Of a stretch of DNA of 64,000 nucleotides, positions 52,553-64,000 are shown one piece after another; position 1 is the stretch's first letter, and every line of letters starts with the position of its first letter. A program made the translations under genes and the position numbers. Where the stretch lies: contig NC_057719.1 of assembly GCF_004010195.1 (NCBI RefSeq), forward strand, positions 4,054,897 through 4,118,896, given 5' to 3'. Under the pieces are notes generated by a model. It ran no database searches, was not told the DNA's origin, and was given only the letters and a program-made list of their open reading frames with translations. Source of the stretch: Chiloscyllium plagiosum. Taxonomy: Eukaryota.

Positions 52553-53535
52553 AGAGCATGTCGCCAGACCATGGCAACACGACGGTTGGTTAACAGAGGT
52601 AGTCAATGAAAGAATTCAGTCCAATCCTCTAAGGCATACAAAGCAGTAAAAACTGTGATAGTAGGCCAGAGGAGTACGGATTTTGTGTTATGAACTAGCA
52701 ACAGATCTCTTAGACTGTTAACCAAAAGGGGGAAAATCGATTTACAAAGTAAATAGGCAAAAATATAAATACAAAACTCGAACTAGAGCTTAATCAAAAG
52801 ATATAGTAGCTAAAACAAGTGTGGTATCCTTGAGGTATGCGACAGGGAATTAATAATGGGGATTGGAAACGGTAGATAATGTTACCAAATATTGGTATTG
52901 GTTTTCAGAGTAGAGCAGCTAAACAGATTTAACCTTTTATTCATTAGAGTTTTAAAAAATGGGGATGTGCTTATTGAAATATTGAAGATTTTGAGGAGTC
53001 TTTAGGTTTGTTGTTGAAATGGTTTTTCTAGTATACACATTTCAAACCAGTGGACAAACTAGGATGTGGAACAGCTTCTTCTCTGAGGAGAGTGTCTAGA
53101 ATTCTCTACCCCCCAAAGAGTTGTGGACGCTAGATCATTGAAAGCACGTAAAGGTGTAGTGAATAGATTTTGAAACTTAAAGGAGTTGAAGCCTTTGAGC
53201 TGGCATGAAAGAGGATTTGAGATCTAGAGCAGATCAGCTGTGATCTGACAGCATGATAGGGCAACTTAAAGGGCTGAATAGCTAACTTCTGTTTTTACTA
53301 CTAGTGTTTGTATGTTCCCTGAAAGGCACTCGTAAACTATTTGGTTTCTATAATCTGGCACACTTGTTGGTACCAGCCATCAAATTAGCGTAGTTGTTGA
53401 ATCAGATTTAGAATTTACATTTGTGGGATTTGAATTTGGTTCTGTCAAAGTCTTATTATGAAGATGGAGGAAAGGAGCAGAATAAGTATTGCTGATTGAT
53501 ATGCTTCATTTATTGTTGTCATCTTTCATTGTTAG

Positions 53536-53707
53536 GTATTCTTCTCAACCTCATGAAGTTGTGCTTGACTGTGGACCATATGAGGATAAAAGTGGACTGT
53601 ATGAAAAGCTTTTAAAGGAGTTGGATGAGGCACTTAATTTTATTAATGATTTCAATAACATATCTGCACATTGGGATGATAGAGGTCCAACGTCAGTCCC
53701 TAAGCAG
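53536..53707 (+). CDS. DICER1: DICER1 exon 7 (start of Hel2i)
   Basis: 172 nt, phase 2 start; gttag|GTATTC to AAGCAG|gtaaat; [57 protein letters not shown]. Confidence 0.96.
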
Positions 53708-53930
53708 GTAAATGTTGATCTGTGTTTGACATACACCTTTGTAATGCAACTCAGGTTTTTCTTTATAAAGATTCAACTTATTTTTTTTCTTTTGGGCACT
53801 GATACTGACGGTATTACTCCAGATTCCAGTGAAATATCTGTTTGAAATTTTTAAGGTTACTGAGGTCTTGGTTGTTCATAAAGGTGCTTGAAAATGAAGA
53901 TCTACCATATCACGCATCATAAGTTTTGCC

Positions 53931-54067
53931 CTCATTCCTGATTAAGTGTTTTTACCCGAAACGTAGATTCTCCTGCTCCTTGGATGCTGCCTGATTTGCT
54001 GTGCTTTTTCATCCCCACACTCTCGACAGTAATCTCCAGCATCTGCAGACCTCACTTTCACCTATAC
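53931..54067 (+). mobile_element. Solo PLE terminus, hammerhead core decayed
   Basis: ctgattaagtgtttttacccgaaacgtag; gttttgcc duplicated at 53923-53930 and 54068-54075. Confidence 0.7.
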
Positions 54068-54562
54068 GTTTTGCCTGTGATTCAAGATGCATCAATTTAT
54101 ATAATGTTGATGAAAGAGATCCCTGATGGAAAAACTCAAATTCCATATCATAGAGATATACAGCACGGAAACGCACCTTCCGGTCCAACTTCTTCTTGCC
54201 AACAGATATCCTAAACTAATCTAGTCCTATTTACCACCACTTGGCCTATTTCACTGTCCTAAAATAGTACGGAGTTAGATTTTAACCTTCTATCTCCATG
54301 TTCACCATCAAAAAATGCTTTGAATTATGGAGCTGATGATGATACCTTGGTAGAATTTTTCAGAAGCAGAAACACTTAGTTTTGAGATGGTGAGCCATCC
54401 AGGTTTTTGGTGATTCCCCTTCACTACCTACTTCAAAATTCAGTTTTCAATGTTTTAAGCGATCATATTTCTGCATAGTGTTTTTATTTCTTCAATAATG
54501 TTTTCTATTTTAAAAAATCAGCTTCCACAATAAATCCTCATCTGTATATTTGATTACTGTAG

Positions 54563-55036
<474 letters not shown>

Positions 55037-56413
55037 TAAGGGATAATAGTGCGTGGCTAAGACATTGCTGAAAATTTTGCATGCAATTTTGTGCTATTTA
55101 AAAAAAAAGAACTGATAATTCGATGCTGAATTTGAAGAATAAGCTAAGAGTGGGTCTCTTTATGAAGAAAGTTTGTGAAAGTTTGTCTCTTTGTGAAGAC
55201 TCTGCGTCAAATACCACAGTGTCAGCTGGTAAAATTTAAATTAAATGAAGATGGAATATAAAGCTGGACTAACTGATGGTGGCTAGGTCAGCTATCAGTG
55301 ATTGTTGTAAAAACCTTTTTCACTACTCCCCTTTTTGAGAAGGAAACTTCTTACTTCATTGGTTCAACTTTTGGCTCCAGGCCACAATAATGAAGTTGAC
55401 TTTTAACTACCATTTGATATGGCATAGCAAGCCACTCAGTTCAAGGGATGGGTAACAAATACAATCTTATCAGAGATGTCCATGTCCTATACATTTTTTT
55501 TTAAATTGCAGAAGATTTTATATCCAGATTTCGCAAAATACACAAAATTCAGCCCAAGTAAATTTGTCTGTCCAGAAATATTCTAAAGCTTTCCTCAAGA
55601 CTGCATTGTAATTCAAACAGTTAATACCTTTAGCATTTTAACCTCTGCTATTCTATCTAGAAGTTTGTTCTCTACATTGATCATTTTCTTATTGTACTTC
55701 CTGGCAACAATCTAAATATACCGGTTACTTTCTTGAACCGATGTCCCTTTGTCCTACCCTTGCAATTAAATGTAAAGTTATTATTTGAACAATTTGTTTG
55801 ATTTCTGTAGATTTTTGTAGGTCTTTCCAAAATCGCCACTTCTATATGACCTGCCTAGGTTAAACAGCAAGCTTCTCCAAACTTTCACTTGTGTATCAAG
55901 ACCAGAGTTAGAACTCTTATACAAAGTTTGCTCTGATCAAACCATAAGACAGCTTGATCACAACTCTGTCTGATTTGTTCAAAATGCTTTCTATTGGATT
56001 TATTAATTGTTGCAATGCTGAACATCTTGAACAGCACTAAGAATCCTAGGCTACTTGCAACTTCATCCTTAATGAGTTTGTCACCGTGTGCAGTTAACTA
56101 GAATGTTAACTGGAAGAGGATGGAGGCTTAGAATTTTGCCAGCTCCCTGGCTTTAACGTCACTTGGAAATTGAAAATAACCTATTTCACCCCAGACCATA
56201 TCTTGGGAGTAGAAAATATTTCTGGCCATTTTACTGAAAATTATGAATGGGTAGCTATTTTCACAGGTAGATGAGGTGGGCCGGTGGCGATTACTGACTT
56301 GGTAATAAAATCATTCTCTGCTAAAGTTTTGGCTTTGCCGTGGCTATTTTACCCCCCTTGCTTTCCATTATTGTCCTGTTTTTTGCCCTGCGTGTTTCAT
56401 GGAGTTAACCTGA

Positions 56414-56644
<231 letters not shown>

Positions 56645-56758
56645 TAAAGCTGTACATTTAAAATCTTTTATCTTATTTCTGAACAAATTATGTAAGAATG
56701 TTGAATAGTAGTTTCCTTGGAAGCTCTATGGGTAATCCCAGAAGACAAATAATTGAAA

Positions 56759-57068
56759 CAGGTACACAATCCTTTATCCGAAACGCTCAGGACCAGCTGG
56801 TTTTCAGAATTCAGAATTTTTTGAATTTCGGAATAAGTGTCAGTTCAATTTTAAAAATCTTAGCAAACAGCAGACTCTGAGTACTATGGGCCCTGAGACA
56901 GAATTGAGGCCTGGCAGTGCTCCCCCCACATTGCATCTGAGTGACATGCATCAAGTGGGTGTGGAGTTGGGTTAACTGTTTGCACACCAAACAACCTTGT
57001 TAATCTGATTTAAAAACTTCCGAAAAAAACTTTTTGATTTTGGAGTCTAGTGCTTTACCTTTTACCTG
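56759..57068. mobile_element. Tigger/pogo-like non-autonomous DNA transposon remnant
   Basis: Starts caggtacacaatcctttatccgaaa, resembling Tigger4/MER46-type ends from memory; ends tacctg; right end decayed. Confidence 0.5.
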
Positions 57069-57828
57069 AGGCATGAAGACTTTTATTAACTTTCTGGGTT
57101 ACTTGCTGCTTGATTTGTGAAAGCATGTGGCAATACAATGAGTTGTCTTTTTTTCCTTTTAAGCGCATTGTGGCTGATGGAAGTACTTTAAGTTTGTAGA
57201 TATTATCTATCTCTGTATTTTGATCATAGTATTAAAGTACTGATGTTTATAGGTATGTAAGTGGCAAGGTGAGGTGGGATTAGCATGACACCTCTGGAAT
57301 GACCCGGTAGCACAGCATGGCTTGTCACTTCGTTTTAAATCAGGTTTATGAAAGTTTACTTTTAAAATAAGTGGACATCTTCATTGTATCCTGCCTCAAG
57401 TTGAAATTTACACTTGTACTGGAGTGTTGTGTTCAAATCTGAACACCACTGTTCAGGAAAAATATAAAAATCTTGGAGTGGTTGCAGAGCAATTTGATTC
57501 GATAGGTCCCAGGAATGATTTTATATATAAAGGAGCTAGGAAAGTACTCCTTATTTTTGGAAGCAGAGAAGTTAAAAAAGTTATGGAGACTTAAAACCTT
57601 TCATAATTTTGAATAGAGAAAGGAAAAGGAAACTATTACAATAGAGTTATTTAGCAGAAGACACAGACTTAAGGTGATTGGCTAGGCTAGCATTTATCAT
57701 CCATTTCTAATTTGTAACAAATATAAAAAGCTCATATTTTCCAATGGCATTCAAGTAGATGCCACATGCCACTTTTCAGTAACATCATGCTCTACTCCGA
57801 TTACTCAACTAGATTCTCTCCCCACAAA

Positions 57829-58018
57829 GGAGAGAGTGAGGACTGCAGATGCTGGAGATCAGAATCTAAAAGTGTGGCACTGGAAAAGCCCAGCCGGTCA
57901 GGCAGCATCCGAGAAGCAGGTGAGTCGACGCTTCGAGCATAAGCTCTTCGTCGTTCCTGACCTTCGACTCTCCTCCTCAGATGCTGCCTGACCAGCTGTT
58001 CTTTTCTAATACCCCACA
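57829..58018. mobile_element. PLE terminus-derived foldback mini-element
   Basis: Inverted arms (ggtcaggcagcatc / gatgctgcctgacc); ctctccccacaaa duplicated at 57816-57828 and 58019-58031. Confidence 0.8.
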
Positions 58019-58469
58019 CTCTCCCCACAAATGCTTGTTTAATTTCCTGATTTTCGATAGTTGGGCATAAGGGATCAGGCAGGCAATACAATACTGCTGC
58101 TAGTGCAAAAGACATGAAAGTTTGCTGCAAGTGATAATATTTCAAGATGTCAACAACCATGCCAGCATTTTAATGTTATACTTACCGTATAGATGAACCA
58201 CCATTATTGATGGGATTTTTCGAGCTTCAAATATCAATTATATACCAACATCTACAGTATGAAAAACGACTTGAGATGATTCACATTGTCATTTTCTCTC
58301 TCTCGCTTTTTAGCCTGGTTTATTTTGAAGCCTGTATTTTAAAGTAGAGAAAAATTGAAGTAGATGGTGAATCATAAGTGCAAAATTATGTTCTACCACA
58401 TTGTGTTACCTCGTCATTCTAGGACTGCATTAACGTTAATGTTGTTTTCTTCCCTAAAAATTGTTGTAG

Positions 58470-58712
58470 GTGCTCAGAAAATTCCGTGCGCATGAGACCA
58501 ACTTGCTCATTGCAACCAGTGTTGTTGAAGAAGGAGTTGATATTCCAAAATGCAATCTAGTGGTTCGATTTGATTTGCCAACAGAATATCGCTCTTACGT
58601 ACAATCGAAAGGAAGAGCACGAGCACCCATCTCAAACTACATCATGCTTTCAGATTCTGACAAAATTGAAGATTTCAAAGAAGACCTCAAAACCTATAAG
58701 GCAATTGAAAAG
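58470..58712 (+). CDS. DICER1: DICER1 exon 10 (Hel2 motifs V and VI)
   Basis: 243 nt; ttgtag|GTGCTC to GAAAAG|gtatct; [81 protein letters not shown]. Confidence 0.98.
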
Positions 58713-60499
58713 GTATCTACTGACTTTTGTTTGATAATCAAAATTTATGGATTCACTTCAAATAAGATGATACAAACTGGACTAGGATGCTCAGGCCATC
58801 AATTCTGCCTTGCCATTCGAGATCATGGTTGATCATTTCCACAGTGTTGAAAAATGACACTATCTCCATATCCTTGAATCAGATTTGTTTCTAGAAACTG
58901 TAAAACCTTTTTGACTTGAACCTGCTCAATGTTTGAGTCCACAGCCTTCTGCAGTCAAGAATTTTAAAGATTCCACCACCCTCTGAATGAAGAAATTTGA
59001 ATTTATTTCCATCTTAAGTGGTCTGTCCCTATCCTGAATTAATCGCCCTGGTCCTAGATAACCAGGGGGAACATCCAATCTATATCCACTCTGTCATGCT
59101 GTGAGAAGTTTTTAAGTTTCACTGGCGTTACATCTCATTCTTCAAAACTGTAGTAAATACAGATTTAGTTTGCTCAGTCACTCCTTGTTAAACAATTTAC
59201 AATCCAAGGGATTATCTGCTGAACCTCCATTGTATATCCTTCCCTAGATAGAGAGACTAACAAGCTGTATATTACTCCAGATTTGGTCTTTTTCCCCCAC
59301 TCAGCCCCATTCTTTACTTGAGAATGTAATGTTTAAAAATAAGGGCCCTCAAGGCCCTCTACAACTGCTCAAAGACATCTTCTGTACTCCAGTTGTTTCA
59401 ATATGTGACATTTGCCTTTCTATTTGTTTGTAGCACCTGCATGGACAAGGGCACCAATTTCCTTTCAGACATCCACACTTCCCAACTCCCCTTCATTTAA
59501 GAAACATTCACTTTTTTATCCAAATAAAGTGAATAACTTATTTTTATTGTTCCCCCTCAGCATGTTCCACTCCATTCGTGTAGTTGTCCAAGTCCATCTG
59601 ATACCTCTTTGCACCCTGCTCACTGCTTGCATTCCCACCCAATTTGGTGTCATCAGCAAATTTGAAAATAGTACAATTGGAGTCACACATCTGAATAGCC
59701 CAGGTTGAATTATATAGCATTTTACTATATACAATATCATTTTACAAGGATAAAACAGTGATGTGTTTTGTCCTGAGCTTCAAATATGTTTTGCCTATAT
59801 CCAGAGGAATCATTGGGTAGCTCTGTTTTTGTCAACAAATGCTGCTAAACCTGCTGAGTTCATCTAGCACTTTTTCATCAGTTTTCATGGTAATATTTTC
59901 TGATGCTAGTACTGATTACTCGAATTCTACCTGCATGATAGAATTTAAACTCAAGGTTTCTGAATTTCAAGTTCAGAATGCTACTGGTACCCATAGTAAT
60001 TGTTCTTTTGTTTATCAGCATAGTTAGTCAATATCCTCCTGCGTAGGTTTTTCCAACAAGGGCCATTATGTAGCAATTGAAAATGGTGCGTTGGTTGAAT
60101 TGCCATATGGTTGTCATCATCTCCCATCCCAGAAGATTTAGGAACTTAAAGGTCAAATATGCACCAACCACCAAATCAAACTCACTTAGAATCTTCACAG
60201 CCACTCAAAACAGAACTTTGACTAGCTTTTACTAGTAGAATTAAACAGAGGTCCTCTAGATGAAAGAACTACTGTATAAGGTGATTGTAACAAAGTATGA
60301 CATTTGTTTCAGTTCCAGAGGAATTAATCTTTTAATACTTCCTCTTGGAGTATGTTTTTGATTCTAATACACCTTCAAAGATACATATGCTAATCAGTCT
60401 ATGTCACAAGTTAGTTTTAGCTAATATTTCACTATCCTCTCAATTTGAAATAAATACCTGAGTTGCTCATGTTAAAAACCAGCCTGAATCATTGTCCTG

Positions 60500-61180
60500 G
60501 AGATCTACAGGGCAGAGTACAGGCTCTTTAGGCCATTACTGTCTACACCAATCCCACTTTCTGGCACTTAACCCATGGTTTTGTATTCCTTGACCTCAAA
60601 AACGTGCATCTAAATACTACTTAAATGTTGAAGGTTTCCCCACATCCCTTCTAAACCTCCTGCCCCTTAACCTTAAATCTATTCCCCTGGTCACTGATCC
60701 CTCCATCAAGGGAAAGGGTCCCTTTCCATCAACCTGGTCTGTGTAGTTCACAATGGTATACATCTCAATCATGTTCCACCTCCCTCTGCTCTGCTCCAAG
60801 AGAAACAACCTCGGTCTGTCCAATCTCTTTTCGTAACTAAAGCTCTCCAGTCACGTAACAATGTGGCAAATCTCCCAAACATCCTCTGCAGTGTTATCGC
60901 ACCCTTCCTGTAATGTGGATTCTAGAACCGCGCAAAACTGTGACCTAACCTGTTTTATATAGTTCCAGCACCACCACCCTGCTTTTAAACTCTATATACC
61001 TCTGCTGATAAATGCAAGTATCCTATCTGCCAACTTAACCACTTTATCTACTTGTCCCACAACCTTAAGGAACAGTGGACATGCACCAAGGTTCCTCTAG
61101 TTCAGTGCTTACAGAATCCTACCGTTGTTCATATATTCTGTTGCCTTGTTTTGCCTCTGTAAGTGCATCAGTTACACTTA
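60500..61180 (-). mobile_element. Decayed CR1-like LINE 3' end
   Basis: ORF 60617-60823 resembles the ORF2 C-terminus; similar to 44765-45440. Confidence 0.65.
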
Positions 61181-61576
61181 TTAATGTAGCATTGTCCTCC
61201 ATTAGGTGATCTCAGCTAAGCTGGTTGTTGGGTTGGTACAAATTAATCTGGTGTTTTAAGCTGTCGATATTTAAAATAGCATGATTCATGTTTCTGTTCA
61301 CCACCCACTGACCTCTGACAGGTTTATATGCATAAATGTTGGGTGAAGACTGAATTGCTCTCACAATATGTATGTAGCTCAATAGCCTGCTGATACTATT
61401 GAGGTTTCCAATGAAGAATGTCTAAAGCACCCTCTCCTGCTCAACATCAATAATTGCAGGAGAGGGTGCAGAATTAACCTGGAGTTGATTATGACTGAAG
61501 ATACTGTAATTGTAAAACATGTTTTGTAGCTATATTTTCTGGAAGGTTCATATATTTACATTGGTACCTTACTAAG

Positions 61577-61731
61577 ATTCTGCGAAACAAGTGCTCAAAG
61601 TCTGTGGATTCTGCTGATTTGGAGGTAGAACCTGTCACCGATGATGATGATGTGCTTCCCCCGTATGTATTGAGGCCAGAAGAAGGGAGTCCGCGAGTAA
61701 CTATCAACACTGCCATTGGACATGTGAACAG
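61577..61731 (+). CDS. DICER1: DICER1 exon 11 (linker and start of DUF283); gene continues beyond the window
   Basis: 155 nt; actaag|ATTCTG to AACAG|gtagat; [51 protein letters not shown](R). Confidence 0.95.
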
Positions 61732-61862
61732 GTAGATCCTGATCATTGATACAACACATTGGCAGAATCACTAATCTTAAGCTTTTAAGCATCTGTTCAA
61801 GTTAGAACTTATTGTTGTTTTATACAGTGTCGCTGTCTAAAAGAAATAAGATAGCTAGAAAT

Positions 61863-62513
61863 CTGGATGTAAGTTTGCTCACTGAGCTGGAAGGTTCGGT
61901 TTCAGACATTTTGTCACCATACTAGGTAATATCATCAATGAGCCTCCGGATGAAGCACTGGTGTCATTTCCTGTTCTTTTTCTTGGGGAGGGAGGGGGGG
62001 GGGGAATCTACATCAATATGTTTGTTCCACAACAAGCAAAACAAATATCTTTTGCAAAATACCTTGCAGAAACTGTAACAACACTACATTGGACAAACAG
62101 GCAGAAAACTAGCCACAAAAAGGCACGACCCACTCTTACTAGTATCTTTACGTAAGATGAGGAAGGACACCACTTCAACTAGGAGAAACCAAACAGACAC
62201 GCAGAAGAATACCTAGAAGCATGGCATTCCAACCTGAACTCTCATCAACAAACGCCTTGACTTGGATCCCATTTACAGCCCCCTGAGAAAAAGAACAGGA
62301 AATGAAATCACCACAGGAAATGGTGTCACCAATCCAAGGAAACCCAAAAACACAAATAGAAAGTGGACCGTACCACCAGTGCTTCATCTGAAGGCTCATT
62401 GATAATGTTACCTATTATGATGCAGAAACGTCTGAAACTGAACCTTCCAGCTCAGTGAGCAAACTTACAGCCAAAGCCTCAATCTGAACTACAAATATTC
62501 TCAAAACTCGCAA
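61863..62513 (+). mobile_element. Truncated PLE (third family) with inverted terminus
   Basis: Arms about 61863-61963 and 62373-62474 (tgtaagtttgctcactgagctggaaggttc / gaaccttccagctcagtgagcaaacttaca); internal EYLEAWHSN endonuclease tail; atagctWgaaat at 61851-61862 and 62514-62525. Confidence 0.8.
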
Positions 62514-64000
62514 ATAGCTTGAAATAAAAATAAAATTGGTGGTGAGTAGTGCGGGGTTTGTGCTTGTTCCCTCGCTTCTGCATCCCTGCATCTTGACTCA
62601 GATGCTGATAGGAGTTGCCTGTATTATTCTTGGAGCAAAGAAGCATGAGAGCAAATTTAATGGAGGTGTTTAAAAACTAAGATGTGTTGCATTGCACAGA
62701 GAAACCTGTGCTGACAGGTTGGCCCTGAGCCAGCAAAACAAAAGATCATTTGCAAATAAAAATGTTTTTTTTTCAATGCATTATGAATTAAAATAGTGTT
62801 TAAAAGGGTGATGGAAGTCAGGTCAGCAATACCTTTCAAAAGGACTAATTAGATGGCTATGATGATTGAGCTAATACTCTTTAAAATAACTAATGTTGGT
62901 ATGATGGGCTGAATAGTCTCCTTCCATGCTGCATCCTTTTGTTTACAAACTATATCTCTATTGCAGAGATTAAAGTAGAAAAATTCAATTTATTTTTCAG
63001 TACTAAAAATAATGTTCACACATGCAGTATTTAGTTATAAGGGGATGGCAGTGTACCACGGGCTAATTTTTCCAGTAGCGGCAGTGTCCTGTGTATTGTG
63101 AAATAATACCTTTTGAAACCAAACCTCAATAACTATGGTTGTCTTGTGTGAAATATACAAATCTCTGGGATAATAGCTTTGTAACACTCAACACACACTG
63201 TTTTAATAGGTATGCTTTATTTAAGAATAACAAAACTATTACTTTCTGGCAGTCCAAATTTGAACAACCTTTAGATTACTTCATTTGGTGTACTGGCTCA
63301 TATTTGAAATTTGGGATACTGTAGTTTTGCCTGGGAAATCACTTGTGATAGATTATGCATAAAAACATTGAGATCATTGTGATGAAGTGGTAGGGAAGGA
63401 CCAGAGGTGTGGGATAACATTTCTGGACTGGTTGATTGGAAAACTCCAAACAGTGGCCTGTTGTGGTGGTGCAGTAGTAGTGTCCATACTGAGCCAAGAA
63501 ACTTGGATTCAAGTCTCACCTGTTCCAGAAGTAGGTCATAAAGCTGAGCAGGCCAATTAGAAAATATATACTATGTGAAAAGATCAGAATACTCCATTAT
63601 CTTGGAAGATATGTGTACACTAATTGTTTCCAGCTACTTGTACTCCAACTTGAGCAACTGGGGTTAGTCATTCCACACTGGATAAGAGTTGAAGCTGAGA
63701 TATCTTAGACAGTAGAAAGAGACGGGAAGTACAAGGCACTTCAGGCGAATGCTCTTTGCAAACAAAGTTGGAGGGCAGGGGGAAACAGATATTAAGGTCC
63801 CATGGTCTGACTTTTAGGAGCTAAGGAGGAAGTTAAAACTTGAGGCTTTGAAGTTAGTAATCTCCCTTGATGCCATGCACTAGAGAACCCCACCGCCTTC
63901 AGTACCCCCTCCAGATCATGCATCACGATAGCACTGTTCCTTTTTTGTCACTGGCCAAAATTCTCCATTCTTAAGAGCACCAAGAGTGTTCCTGTAGTTC

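Noticed and set aside
58713..61576. U12-type intron call for intron 10
   Set aside because: GTATCTAC departs from GTATCCTT, and the CCTTAC motif lies too close to the AG to serve as a U12 branch site
63200..63260. ttttaatag|gtatgc as the start of DICER1 exon 12
   Set aside because: Does not translate to the expected YCARLPSDPF; exon 12 is not in the window

Overview
Vertebrate genomic DNA, very probably a shark or other elasmobranch (inferred from HE1/V-SINE-like SINEs, CR1/HER1-like LINEs and Penelope-like elements). The only host gene is the 5' part of DICER1 on the + strand: ten coding exons (human exon numbering 2-11, 25309-61731, 1880 coding nt, about 626 codons). They cover the DExD/H helicase (Hel1, Hel2i, Hel2) up to the start of DUF283, and all have GT-AG boundaries with consistent phases. 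The gene runs off the right end, and no CpG-island promoter or first exon is visible. Most of the remaining sequence is decayed, often nested transposable elements. The most striking non-gene signal is a set of Penelope-like element termini carrying minimal type I hammerhead ribozyme cores (CUGANGA-N-stem II-GAAA-palindrome). They come from at least three families with different but pairing stems, several lie sense to the DICER1 pre-mRNA, and many sit in foldback insertions with target-site duplications that would form long hairpins in DICER1 introns. Also noted: three short uORFs, one per frame, just upstream of the DICER1 start codon; two candidate 5'UTR exons; and frame compatibility with aviD-type skipping of exons 7-8. 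Comparisons to human DICER1 and to repeat families are from memory, not from searches.
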